Source of the DNA: the human T2T-CHM13v2.0 reference genome, Homo sapiens
Reading direction: 5' to 3' (one strand)
Assembly (NCBI RefSeq): GCF_009914755.1
Contig: NC_060946.1
DNA length: 64,000 bases
Shown: one piece after another, positions 43,528 through 56,605 of the stretch
How positions within the stretch are numbered: position 1 is the stretch's first letter
How the letters are laid out: each line of letters opens with the position of its first letter
Notes under the pieces: model-generated
Database searches by the model: none
Seen by the model: only the letters and a program-made list of their open reading frames with translations
Told to the model about the DNA's origin: nothing
Position numbers and translations under genes: made by a program

Positions 43528-44860
43528 GATACAATATGATTAACTAAAGTTCCTACTATATTCAGATTTCCTTATTTTTTTACCTAATGTTCATTTTCTA
43601 TGCCAGGACACCATCCGTAGTACCTCATTACATGTACTCATCACATCTCCTTGGGCACATCTTGTCTCCGACAGTTTCTCAGATTTTCTTTATTTTTTGA
43701 CAAACTTGACAGTTGTGAGTTGTACTGATCCGGTGTTTTGTAGAATGTCTTCCACTGGGATTTGTCTGATGTTTTCCTCATGGCTTGACAGGGGTGATGG
43801 GTTTGGAGAGGAAGACCACAGAGGTGATATGCCTTCTTGTCACCTCAGATCCAGCATATTAACATCAGTAGGCGCTGTCATCATTGGTGCGGAGCTAGAT
43901 GATCTAGCTAGAAGAGTGTCCATCAGATGTCTCCACTATACAACTGTTCCTTTTCCCTCCTGCCCACACCGAACTCTTTGGCAAGAAGTCACTGTGGGAA
44001 ACCCACACTTGAGGGGTTGGGGAGCTTTCTCTACATCTTTTTGAGAGTGGAGTTTCTACATAAATTATGTGGAATCATTCCGCATGAGAGATTGATCTCT
44101 TTCACCTTACTTATTTGTTAGTTTGCCTGTGTCTTTATTTGTTTAATCATGTATTTCTGCCCGTATAGACTCATCGATGTTTGCTTTACGCTTGGTTGTC
44201 ATACAATACTCCTTTGTTTCTTTCATTGTTCTCATTGTTCTGGCTTTGGCCATTGGGAGCTCTTTCAGTTGGTTCTTGTTTCTCTGGAACATAGTCCCAT
44301 CCTTGTTGGTTTGCTATGAGCACTTCCTTACTTTATGGCACTACAAGCTGCTCCTGGCTCATCTTGCATATTTCCTGCCCCATTCTTGGAGTCAGACATT
44401 TCTCCTGGTTCTGTTTATTAGAGAAAGGCATGAGAAACCAAATTTCAGGCATCAGGTGCAGTCATTGCTATGAGGGTACCATCGTTTCCAGGCCTCCTCA
44501 TCTGAGGAGCAAGGGAATGTACATGTGTGTTCTGACCCGAGTATGTGCATGAATCCATAAATATTCTCTATGTAACCATCTATGTCTATAATGAGCTAAA
44601 CCTGAGTTCTTACTGATGGCTCCAGCTCTCATCCATTGCCATGTGGATCATTAGAGCCTCTTCTCCCTGCTTCTCTCTACACCCCCACTCCAACATGGTA
44701 AAACTTAGCACCCATTTTCTGCTGCTGTTTACTTGGTTTCTCAGTTTTAGTGCACCTGTAGAGTGGTATTAGTATTGTTAACCCATACCCTTATGGGACA
44801 TAACTTTATCAGTCAGAGTGCAGTGCTATGTACAGTGTCTTTTACCCTTAGTCTACAGAC

Positions 44861-45147
44861 TCTATCCATTTCCAAAGTTACTCACATAGCTCTTTCTCTA
44901 TCCATTTCCCAAAGTTACTTAAGCAGCTCCTTCTCTATCCGTTTCCCAAAGTTAGTTAAGTAGCTCCCTCTCTATCCATTTCCAAAGTTACCTATGTAGC
45001 TCTTCTATCCATTTCCAAAGTTACTTTTGTAGCTCATTCTCTATCCATTTCCCAAAGTTACCTATGTAGTTCCTTCTCTATCCATTTCCAAAGTTACTTA
45101 AGTAGCTCCTTCTCTATCCATTTCCAGTTGCTTAAGATAGCTCCTTC
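44861..45147. repeat. ~36-bp minisatellite x8 inside L1
   Basis: Consensus tctatccatttccaaagttacttaagtagctccttc; copies are diverged. Confidence 0.92.
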
Positions 45148-45251
45148 TTTCAGTAAGCTTCTTTCACACATTGGTAATACAGTTGAACTCTTGTTGTTGT
45201 GCTCATTCCATCCTCACATCCCTTCACCACTTAAAGTTATTTTTAAAAATA

Positions 45252-45552
45252 GGCTGGGCACAGTGGCTCATGCCTGTAATCCCAGCACTTTGGGAGGCCA
45301 AGGTGGGTGGATAATTGGAGGTCAGGAGTTTGAGACCAGCCTGGCCAACATGGTGAAACCCCATCTCTACTAAAATACAAAAATTAGCAGTGCGTGGTGG
45401 TGCATGCCTGTAATCCCAGCTACTTGGGAGGCTGAGACATGAGAATCACTCGCACCAGGAGGTGGAGGTTGCAGTGAGCCGAGGTTGCACTACTGCACTC
45501 CAGCCTGGGTGACAGGGTGAGATTCTTTCTCTCAAAAAATAATAATAATAAT
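45252..45552 (+). mobile_element. AluS with (AAT)n tail
   Basis: Full dimeric Alu. Confidence 0.93.
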
Positions 45553-47199
45553 GATTTTTATTCATTAATATTCATTTCTTGTTTTGTAAAGACATGTAGG
45601 TTTTGATAAAAGCATGGTGTCATGTATTTGCTATTGCAATATCATGCAGAACAGTTCACCATCCTAAAGATGTACAATACTTCATCTTTTCAGTACTTCC
45701 TCCACGGAAGCTCTGACAACTCCTGATCTCTTCACCCATCTGTCTAGTTGCGTCTTTTCCGTTAGTCATATAATTGAAATCACGTAGTCTGTTACCACTT
45801 CAGACTGACTTCTTCAACTGAGCAATATACATTTAAGTTTCTTTTGTGTGTTTTTTGTGGCTTGATGGCTCATTTATTTTTATTGCTGAATAATATTTCA
45901 TTGTACAATGTAACAGGATTTGTTTATCCATTCACCTACCAAAGGGTATCTTGGTTGCTCTCAGCTTTTGATGATTATGGAGAAAGCTGCTATAAACATT
46001 CATGTGAAGTTTTTTTTTTTTTTGCATGTGAACATATGTTTTGAAATCAGGTAATATCTAAGAGGATGATTGCCAGATTGTATGTTAAGACCATATGTAA
46101 CTTTTTAAGAAATAGCCAACTTGTCTTTTAAAGTGACTGGATCATTTTGCATTCCCTTCAGCAAAACATGAGTGTTTCTGTTTCTCCACATCCTCATCAA
46201 TATTTGGTAATGTCAGTGTTTAGGATTTTAGCCATTCTAATAGGTGTGTGTGGTAACTTATTATTGCTTTAATTTTAAATTATTTAATAAAAAATGATTG
46301 CGAGCATTTTATATGATTATTTCCCACCTGTATATGTTCTTTAATGAGATAGCTGTTCAGGACTTTTGCCCATTTTTTTAAATTGGAAACTTAGTTGGCA
46401 TTTTACAATTTGCATTTTCTCATTGTTGAGTTTTACAAGTTATTTGTATAATTTAGATACAATTTACTTATCAGATATATGATTTGTAAATGTTTTCTTC
46501 TATTTAGTAATTTATCTTTTTCATTCTTTTACAGAGCAAAAGCATTTAATTTTAATGATCCAACTTACCAATGTTTTTTCATAAATGATGCTTTTGGTGT
46601 TTTATTTAAAAATGTATCACCAAAGTTAAGGTCAAATATATTTTCACCTACGTTTTCTTCTAGAAATTTTATAATTTGCATTTTACATGTTTGTCTATTA
46701 TTCTTTTGAGTCAAATTTTGTGTAAGATGTGAAATTTGTACCTGGATTCTTTTTTTTCCCCCATTAAATTGCCTTCAATGCCTTTGTCAAAAATCAGTTG
46801 ACTATATTTGTATGGGTCTACGTATGGACTCTACATTCTGTCCACTGATCTATTATTTTTCCAAATCTGCTTTTATTTCCGTAGCTTTATAATAATTCTT
46901 GAAATTGGGCAATGTGATTCTGCCAACTTTTTTTTCTTCAGTATGATTTTGACTATTTTATGTCTTTTGCATTTCTATGTAAATTTTGGAATCAAATTTG
47001 TTAATTTCTACAAAATATATTGCTACTATTGAACTACTACTACGTTCTTCGAACACGCTTCTGTCCCACCCTGACTGACGGATACAGATCTTTCTGGCCC
47101 CTGTCCCCTACTTTCTTCTCCAGTGGCAGACTCCCCAGTCTCTTTCCTGGAATCACTGTACCACACTGGTGATGATTCTCCCTGCCAGGGTCAGACAAG

Positions 47200-47710
47200 A
47201 AGGCTGAACAGGGCTGGGGTGAGGAGAAATGGCTGTCCTCTGCCCAGACAAAGATTCAGAATTGCCTTTGGCAAAGTCCTTGCCCCAGAGCGGGCCTTCA
47301 TTGTGGAGAAAGCTCTGGGGAGGTATTTCTCCATGATCAGTCTTTCCTTCCCCTGTTCATAATGCAAGGGGATCTTTCTCTGATCCTCACTGTGAGAACC
47401 CAATGGGGTTTCTGCAGGGAAGGAGGGTAAAGATGTGGGGGTCCCCAGGACTGCAGCTCGTAGGAGTTCCTCCCTCTCAGCCAGCCCACACCTGTCTCCA
47501 GCAATCTGTCAAAATTGCCATTCATGTGGTCCTACTGGCTGATGGCTTCAGGGCCATAAGCTCAGGTAAGCAAATCTGAGCTGTGTCTCTCTGATGTCTC
47601 CAGCTCTCCAGATTCTGCCCTGTGATCTCCATTTTCTGATGAGTCCTGAAAAGCTGTTGATTTTTAGATTGTTCAGGTTTTCTCATAAGGAGGAATGACA
47701 AGTCCCTGCC
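47200..47710 (-). mobile_element. L1MC/L1MD 5'-end remnant
   Basis: 'tcactgtgagaacc', 'ccagcaatctgtcaaaatt', 'ccctgtgatctc...ctgatgagtc..aaaagctgttgatttt...ttgttcag'. Confidence 0.6.
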
Positions 47711-48269
47711 AGGCTCAGGGGATTCAGAAATGTCAGGATCTATGCCCTCATGAAGGTTTCTTCAGAAGGAGAGAGGGTAAGATGGAGAAGGAGCACTCGC
47801 TTGTGTAGTGCATTGCTCTAGGCATGAGCTACCCGTGCAGTTCTACTCCACCATGGACAAGAGTTGCCTTAACCTGGGCCTGCCTTGTGGGTGCGGAAAG
47901 CTTTCTGGTGGGTTCAAGTTTCAGCTGAAGGTTGAGGTCTTGTAGGCTAAGGACTCACTTGTCACCCCAACATGTAAAAGCAGGGAGGAAGGAAATTATT
48001 CCAAGTGGAGGGGATCATAGTCAGGAACATCTTGTTGGTGCTGTGAGATGCTAGAAATGTACACAAAGGCTCTGTTACAGAGAGAGGGGTTCTGCAAAGG
48101 CAAAAGCAAGTCACTTGGGTGCTTCGGTCTTCCTTCATTTCACAAATGTCTTAGGTGCCTTCCACACTGGCCTCGTGGTGGGGGCTCAGCAGTGCTTCTC
48201 AGAAGCCTAATTGGTCTGCTCTGGTTGTTTGGATGAATCTTTTGATTCAACAGTCCCTTTAGGGAAGTG

Positions 48270-48591
48270 TTTTTTGTTTTTGTTTTTGTTTTTATTTTAG
48301 GCGGAGTTTAACTCCTGTTGCCCAGGCTGCAGTGCAATGGTGCAATCTTGGCTCACTGCAACCTCCACCTCCTGGATTCAAGTGATTCTCCTGCCTTAGT
48401 CTCCTGAGTAGCTGGGACTACGGGCGCCCGCCACCACTCATGGCTAATTTTTTTTTTTATTTTTTATTTTTAGTGGAGATGGGGTTTCACCACGTTGGCC
48501 AGGCTGGTCTTGAACTCCTGACCTCAGGCAATCCACTCGCCTCGGCCTCCCAAAGTGCTGGCATTACAGGCGTGAGCCACCAAGCCCGGCT
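48270..48591 (-). mobile_element. AluSq/Sp-like
   Basis: 'gagttt..ctc.tgttgcccagg', 'gtgcaatgg'; (TTTTTG)n tail; no clear TSD. Confidence 0.93.
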
Positions 48592-49184
48592 GTTGCTTTG
48601 TATTGTTTTGTTTTTAATTTTACAAGCAATTCATTCTGTGTATTTTTAAAATTAATTTCTGGTTTAATGCATTAGAATAACTGTTATTTTTGTGGTCTAA
48701 CATATAATCTCTATTTTGCATATGTTTCATAGCAACTTGAAAGGATAAAATAATAATTCATGCAATACAATATTTGATAGAGATGCTTTCATGTAACGTT
48801 TTTAGTTAAACTATTCAAATTCATTAGGTCCTTAATGTATACATTGTCTATTTGATCAAAGCCTGGGAGAAACATAATCTCCTATAAATGGATTTCTGCC
48901 CACTTATATCTACATTTCTAAAAGTATTTTTAGTATATTTAGATGTTGGCATTTAGCACAAAATGTTCGAGACTGATACAGCCTTGTTGAACAATATCCT
49001 TTCTTTCCAAAAAATAATGTTTCTCTTTTTTCGTTAAATGATGGTTGCCTTGCATTTGGCCTTTGTTGTAAATGACTATTTCAAGCCTTCCTTTCTTTTC
49101 CTTTGCTTTTCTCCACAAGCTTCTCCTGGAGTTTCCTCCTGAACCTCCAGCTGTTGTGTGGTGGATGCATTTTGTGGTCACTAA

Positions 49185-49345
49185 AACCGGGGCTTCCATT
49201 CTGGCTGAGCTACTTCAGAGACTCGTGGTTGGAGGAACGTCACTTCATTCTCCAAGCCTGTTTCTTTACTTATAAGATGGGGGCAATAATTGCTATACAT
49301 AAGGTTGAATTAAATGAGCGAATGAATTTAGGGTCCGTCTGTGAA
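49185..49345 (+). mobile_element. MIR SINE
   Basis: 'gtcacttcattctccaagcctgtttctttacttataagatgggggcaataat...aattaaatgag'. Confidence 0.6.
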
Positions 49346-49438
49346 CAGTTACTGACTGAGTGATTCAGTGGTGAATAGCACACTCACACACAGTCTTCCA
49401 GGAATTTGCAACCCCGCAAGCGGGCTGAAAGACTGGCA

Positions 49439-49510
49439 TCAAGCACATAGTTGAAATATTGTATACAATGTCTCAAGCACGTAGTTGCAAATGTTGTAAT
49501 CAATGTCTCA
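49439..49510. repeat. Diverged ~35-bp tandem duplication
   Basis: tcaagcacatagttgaaatattgtatacaatgtc versus tcaagcacgtagttgcaaatgttgtaatcaatgtc. Confidence 0.8.
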
Positions 49511-49589
49511 TGTGCAAGGTGCCATCTGTAAAAACTAAGAGGTCTCAGGAGAGCTTGTGAGAGAAGTCCAATCAGAAAGGCTTTGAGGA

Positions 49590-50016
<427 letters not shown>

Positions 50017-50114
50017 TTATGGTTTACCCTAATCTGCTAATCTTTGTCACGGAATAGGAGAGTTTAACTTATTAATGTTTATTGTCATAAAGTAATATTT
50101 TTGTCTTTCTTCCG

Positions 50115-50572
50115 TCATTAAAAGACAAAGGGCATATTGAGAAAAACATCAGCAACAACTCTGGCAAAGCCTTAATATCCTCCACGTTTAAGGAGCATTT
50201 ATCCACCACCAGGAGACAAATGGTTTGAATGGGTAAGTCACAGAAGTTCTAAACATGTGAAAAACATTCAGCCTCACAGAGATTTTAAAATGCGAATAGG
50301 AGCAATTATGAAAGTTTTTTCACCTTTCAAATTGGCAGTTTAGCAAGACAATATTTGATGTTGGGAAGAGTGAAGTGAAATGGTGATATTTTTTGCTGCT
50401 GGTGGAAATAGAAACCTGAATTGCCTCTCAAAAGGAATGTGGTGATCTAAGAGACGAGAGTTAGGAGTTTACACTCCTTAATACCATCACGCTTCCAAAA
50501 ACCATCCTCAGAGTAGCTCAGAGATGCAGGCAGAGATGTTCACGCAAGGATGTTCACCGCAGCTTTCACAAA
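50115..50572 (+). mobile_element. L1ME ORF2-end remnant
   Basis: 'taaacatgtgaaaaacattcagcctcac', 'ttttcacctttcaaattggca', 'caaggatgttcaccgcagc'. Confidence 0.55.
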
Positions 50573-51258
50573 TGAGCTCTCAGCCACCTGAAGGAATCTG
50601 GCCGGGAGAAACAGCCCAGCACAGCCCAGCCTTTCATAGGGATATTTAGCTAAATATTAGGGACCTCCTTCTTCCTGCCGGACACCAGTTTCTAAAAAGT
50701 GTATATAGATTTGCAAGTAAAAGATTCGGAATTCTGAGGGAATTTGCTCAGGAGATTATAGATACCTGCTTTCTACTGAAGAATGCATTCAGTAATGATC
50801 AGATACGAATTATCCCCAGTTTCCTTTTCTAAACCAGTGAACACTTACAGAGGCCCACACGGAGCTGAGGGCTCCCCAGCACCCCCCACCCCCCGCCCTT
50901 TTTGGGAGAGGAGTTTCTCTAAGGTCAAGAGCTGTGGGCCATGCTCTTGGCTCCTGCCCTGGGTGAAATCTTCATCCTTCCCAAAAATGATCATTGATTT
51001 CTCCTTTAGGACAATCAGAGGCAGTCCCAGTCCTGCCCTCATGTGAGGCCAGCAACTTCAGAGCATCCCCGCTACCCGCCACTGGCCCAAAGTAGGGCAG
51101 TCCTCCTTCGTGGGCGGGGGTCCCAGTCCTAGCCCATTTCAGCTGGGCAGCACACTGATTTCTGCCAGGTGGCCCTCAACATGTTCTCTGCCCACAGCCT
51201 TTTCCTTCACTTCCATGAGGTCCCTGGAGGCACAGGACAGACCCGCAAACAGGAAGAG

Positions 51259-51451
51259 CAGTGGGGCAGGCCACAGGCTGGCACCCAGCACCCAGCCCAG
51301 GTGAGGCTCCTCCACCCCCAGTGGGGCAGGCCACAGGCTGGTACCCAGCACCCAGCCCAGGTGAGGCTCCTCCACCCCCAGTGGGGCAGGCCACAGGCTG
51401 GCACCCAGCACCCAGCACCCAGCACCCAGTCCAGGTGAGGCTTCTCCACCC
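51259..51451. repeat. 60-bp GC-rich tandem repeat x3
   Basis: Units start at 51259, 51319 and 51379; the third has two extra CAGCACC heptamers. Confidence 0.95.
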
Positions 51452-51602
51452 TGGCCATAGTCCTGGGCAAGGCTTTGTGTGTCTGAGGATTCTAAATTCA
51501 AACCTCAGCTTCCAGGCGGCTATGGTGGCACATCCATCAAGGTTGGTGATCAGAACACAACACGCCCAGTAGATTCCTAGCTCAGATGTTCAGACATATA
51601 CA

Positions 51603-51722
51603 TGTGGGCCTCTTTTCCTCTTTGTGGGCCTCTTTTCCTCTTTGTGGGCCTCTTTTCCTCTTTGTGGGCCTCTTTTCCTCTTTGTGGGCCTCTTTTCCTC
51701 TTTGTGGGCCTCTTTTCCTCTT
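51603..51722. repeat. Perfect 20-bp tandem repeat x6
   Basis: (tgtgggcctcttttcctctt)6 with no mismatches. Confidence 0.97.
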
Positions 51723-52450
51723 TTTGTCCTTTTTCATCAGGTCCCAAAACTGTCACAGCCAGATCTGCAAGAGCTGCCCCTTAATGTGAGACATGGCATC
51801 CAAGCATTCTTTATGACATCGTCTAAGATCAAAATATATAACAATTAAAAGTCCTCTCCTATGTCTTTTTATAAATACTTTCCAAATTGTCTAAAAGAAT
51901 ATATTGTTTTTCATGCTCTATATTTCAGCAGGCGAGTTCTATTTAAACGAAGAAAGAAAGCACATTCCAGATCCTTTTGTTCATCCAGAGACTTCAGGTA
52001 AAAATTGAGGCAATTAAATTATGCATCCTGGCGGCTTTCTCTCACCGTCAGCACGAGTCGAGATTTTTTTTTTTTTGAGAAGTAAAACATGAAATTCAAA
52101 ATGTATCTCGAGTCACAGCACGATGGTTTACCAGATGAGTCAAGAGGAAGACCTCCCTCCCTTCTGTCATCAGGGCTGCCTGAGGAGGGCACCAGCCGGT
52201 TCTCCAGCAGTCAGGTCTGACAGGCTGGCAGCCTTCATGCCATCCCCTCGGCCAGAGGCTCAGACGCGTGCAAGAATCACGTGGACAAGGAGGGCCGGTA
52301 CTGGTGGGCCTTGAACGCCAGGCTAAGCCATTTGAATTCAATTTTGTGTCCAATTAGTTGGCTTGCTGTCTCTCAGGAAACTGCAAGGACTTTCACAAAA
52401 TGCAGTTTGATACGCAAATTTATGTTTTTACACGAAGTGGTTTGGTTGCC

Positions 52451-52523
52451 TACATATATATTTATATATACTTATTATTTAATATTATATGTATTATTTA
52501 TATATATATATATATATATATAT
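52451..52523. repeat. AT-rich/(TA)n microsatellite
   Basis: Pure (TA)n at about 52499-52522 with degenerate TA upstream. Confidence 0.9.
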
Positions 52524-54799
52524 TGCATTTTAAAAATATCGTCCTTATGTCCCTTAAACTGAAAGCGTAGGTTGGGACTCAAGCCAGGGAACCTTCGCAG
52601 CTCACCTGGGTTTCTCTTCCCACTCTTGTGTTTTCAGGGCAGCGTTTATACAACTATTTGCTGAACTGACTAGGTGTGAATTCCAAGCTGATAGCTCTTC
52701 ATCACTTAGCATTACAAAACTGTATCAAAGCCCCATGTATAAACGTGTTTTTGCACTTTCCTTCATCTTTTTTCATACTTTCTTGCCCCAAGAAAAACTT
52801 TTTATCACCTCCCTAAGGAATTTAATAGCTGTGAATTACAAACCCAACAGCTATCACAACTTTCTTAACATTTACTAAGAAGCCAGAGTTGATTGTTTTT
52901 CCTTCTGTAAATTCAACGTCAAATGCTTACAAAGTCGAGCACCAGTAAATATGGAGGCTTCAAACGAGAAGCTTCATCCTTAGGAACAGCCAGGATATAG
53001 GAGACTTTCATTTTCAAAGTGAGTTCATTGTGTGTGTCTACGGAGGTGTGTCCCAAAACCTCTAAAACCCACAATGCAACAATTAAGCTGTGCTCTCTCT
53101 CTTCCACCCTTCAAAAACACCATTTGACTTACGACTTTGTGTCACCACTACTTGTAGAACTGAGCAAACAGGAAACACAAGCCTTGTCTTCACATACGCT
53201 CACACAGTCTGCGGCGAGCACACCATACAGAAATTCAGGATTTTATTAGGGAAAGCTGGAGACAGGGCAGTTGCTTTGTTTTCTCATCACAGACACGTCT
53301 GGATTCCCAGTTCATGTCGACTTAAATTCCAGCCTAATGAAGGTGTGGACATCCGAGCCGGGCACCCATCCTCTCATTCATCAGACAAACCTCCAGCCAG
53401 CACCTCTGACAGGCTTTCAGCAGTGTCTCCGAATAAATGTTGAAAACAACAACTTCCTAACAAGCAGTAAGCCGGTTGGGCTGACTGCATTAATCTATTA
53501 GCAATTAGATGATTGCCATCTGCAGTCTGTGCTGTTGTCTGGAGTTGAATAAAGTCAAGGCACACGTGTCGACATGGTCAGGGAACTCCCTGCTGTTTTC
53601 AACATGCTCCTTGAAGCCCAGCCTGAGAACTGCTGTCCTTTCCTGTAGCCTGGTATCTGTGGACAGTGAACAGTCAACGCGTGAGCTAATAAGCATATCA
53701 CCAGCCTTGGGACACTCAGCAGGATAGTGGCAGAGATGAACTCCTTGAGCTAGGACCAAGCAAAGCGCAGCTCCCTTCCCGATGGCTGGGCCAGAGGCAG
53801 CTGCTGTGACTCTTGGGAAAAGTTTGAACCACACCCCTGAAGAGCCCTCCACTCAGGACTGGGAAGGGCATGCACGAGGGGCTGAAGGGGGCTCCCTGTG
53901 GCCATGGCAGAGCCCTTGGGCAGCTGAGGCCCGCAGCCTCCCTGGCCTCATCGCCCATAGCCCCTCCTGTGGCTTCTGATGGAATCTGCAGGGGAGGGGC
54001 GCTGAGGGCGGGTGGCCCACTCCATCGAGTTAATGCACACAGCAGCCAGCAAAGGGCCACATCCATCGTGCAGGCGCAGACACCGAGCAGAGCCCCAGGA
54101 ATCAATTACCAGGAGGCCGCAGAGGCTCACTGGGGGCTGGCTCTGGCCACAGACCATCATGCACCATCCCATTTAATTCTCCGCAGCCAGTGAAGGGTCC
54201 ATGTGACCCTGCCTTTGATGGTCAGCGCCTCCAGGGGTGGGAGGCTGAGCCTCTGCCCAAAGCGGCTCAGCTCACCCCGGCAGCTGGAGGTGGGCCCAGT
54301 CTCCTGAGGCTGAGGCCCATTCCCCCTGCTCTGCTTCCTGCCTCCCCCAAAGAAGACATCTCTGCAGGAGGCTTGCAGCCCACCTTCGAGGGCAGAGCCT
54401 GGGAGCCCGTCCTCCGGGGGACTGGAGCAGGACTCGCTCCGGGCACCCTTCCTCCTGGGCTTCTTTCCACCGTGCTATGTTCCCGGCTCACTGAGGCCGG
54501 TGGTCCCTGTCTCTGAGTTTATCAGTGGCCATGTGCAAATATGGGCCATGGTGACTGGGCTTACAAAGCCAAGGTGTTTAACCTGGGCTGGCAAATCGGG
54601 AGGGAGAGGGGTAAAAGTGTCATTCAGTAAAGAAGGCCAAATAAGGATGGGGGATTTGAGCTGATTTCCAACTGCAAATAGGCATCAAATCCAGGGGCGA
54701 CATAAGGGAGAGGAGTTCCAAGACTGAGGTGGTTCTAGGGTGTGGGATCTGTGGCCAGTGGTGTGCTACAGAATCAACCGGGCCAACATGTTAAGTCCC

Positions 54800-55040
54800 C
54801 GACATGCCCCTAGCACACTAGTTTGGGTATATTCATAGGTGCTATTTTTAAAAAATTAGTACATGATGAGTTGAACAGTTAAACTGACTTTTTAAATTGC
54901 AGAATGTCTTGGAGCTCTTGCAATACTAGTGTGCACAGTCATCTCTAAGAAAGGGGCATTGCCTGCTCTGATTCACAAACTTATTAGGCCAGGAACCCTG
55001 CTTTCTGGTGTCTCCTGTGGGATGCTTCTGGAAGATACCG
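54800..55040. mobile_element. Possible hAT-Charlie relic (MER113-like)
   Basis: 'aatactagtgtgcac...tctctaagaaagggg...caaacttatt..gccaggaaccc' resembles my recollection of MER113. Confidence 0.4.
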
Positions 55041-56229
55041 AATGAGGTCTTATCTCTCCACTATGAAGCGATGCGGTGTCAGGGGAGACTCCTCATTGGA
55101 CAGTCCCAAGTCAAATCCTTTATCCTCACACAACTGACTATATGATCATGAACTCTGGATCAGCAGTTCCTCCTCGGGGGAAAAACCATAGTATCTGTTT
55201 GGCAAGCTTGAGGTCAGACTTGAGGATGTGCACACAGCACGTCGTGAGTCCTCCAGGGACGGCACCGTCCACCTGGGCTCACTGAGCAAGAGATGGAATG
55301 GTACAATTATCCATCTGAAGGCAGGGTCCCTCTCCATCCCTAAATTCTGGCTAAACACTTTTAACTCAATACCTACTTCTGCTCTTTTTATTCTAAAAGG
55401 ATTGTGAGCCAGGGGAGAAGTAAATTTACCCAGCAGATACTAGGAGTCCGTTAGATGAAATGTCAATTATTTGATAAACCCCTTGAATGAATCTGAGGGC
55501 TGCCCTCTGCACTCACCAGCAAGCTCCCTGAGGACTGGGTAACCCCTGCACCAGGCCCCGAGGAATCCGGGCTCCAGGCCTCGGTGTTGGGGGAACGGCC
55601 TCGCCAGCAGGTATCAACACGGAGGAGCAGAGATATTTCCATGGCGCGTCAGAGGATTTTTTTTTTTTTTGCAGGAAATAAATCTTCAGAAGTGAGAATT
55701 CTAATTGAGCCGAGTTCAGGATAGCCAAGTGTAATTTTAGCAACAAAAGTAGAGGGTTCCAGAAAAAGCATCTCAGGAACAGTCAAATTAAGCTGCAGGG
55801 AGATAATTGGATGGAAGGTTTGGTTAGGCAGCGCTTTGAGTGTTGAAGGGAAAAAAGAATCTTTGGGCAGGAGGAAGTGATGTCTTCTATTGTAAGGATG
55901 GGAAGGGATACGGAAGAGGCACATACTGAACGTTTGAGGCTTGGGGAACTTTTATTCGAAGTTTTAAGAGTCTCAGCTGAAAATTATCTGTGAAAATGTG
56001 ATCCACTTAAACCTGCCTAGTGACAAGGTCTGCACCTTAAAAGTTCTCATTTTGACATAACTATTCCTGCTCCCAGCTCAGATCCCAGAACTTGCCTAAG
56101 GGACAGGACCCCCTCCTTCCCTGCTGAGCAAACTCCCTCCTCCCAACAGCCGTGACCCAGGGCCCTGCCATTTGTCCTCAGTCACCTGGATGGCCCTAGG
56201 GAGGCCTTGAACTGACCAGAATGACTCCA

Positions 56230-56304
56230 TCCCTTCACCTCATCCCCCCGTACCCAACAAAGTGCCTGACATGCAGTAAACTCTCAAGAACATTTAATAA
56301 ATAA
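56230..56304 (+). mobile_element. L2 3' end
   Basis: 'cccaacaaagtgcctgacatgcagtaaactctcaagaacattt'. Confidence 0.6.
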
Positions 56305-56605
56305 GGGGCATCATTCTCATCACAATAATATAATAAATAATAATAAATAATAATTTTGTATTAATCAGGTTTTTGTCCAAGGAATTCGAAGAGACATTTT
56401 ATTTCTCTTTACCTAGTTCTGCTGTTCTTATTTTAAGGTGGGTGGGGTTGGAGGAAGAAGAAAATGTACGTACACAGACTGTAAGTCCATTTGGTAAAAT
56501 GCCTACTATTGAATAAACTCCTTGGAAGCAAGCTGGCGTTCTGAACCCAAGGGTTTCGATGTTCTATCTAGAGTCATGTCAACTAAACAAATGCTTGATC
56601 CATGG

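Larger units (their letters stand above)
43035..47035 (-). mobile_element. L1MC3/L1MD-like 3'UTR plus ORF2 3' remnant, split by Alus and a minisatellite
   Basis: 'gacagtttctcaga', 'gaggaagaccacagaggt', 'ctacataaattat', then ORF2-like 'ttttgcattccc', 'tttagccattctaataggtgtg', 'ctttgtcaaaaatcagttgact'. Confidence 0.8.
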
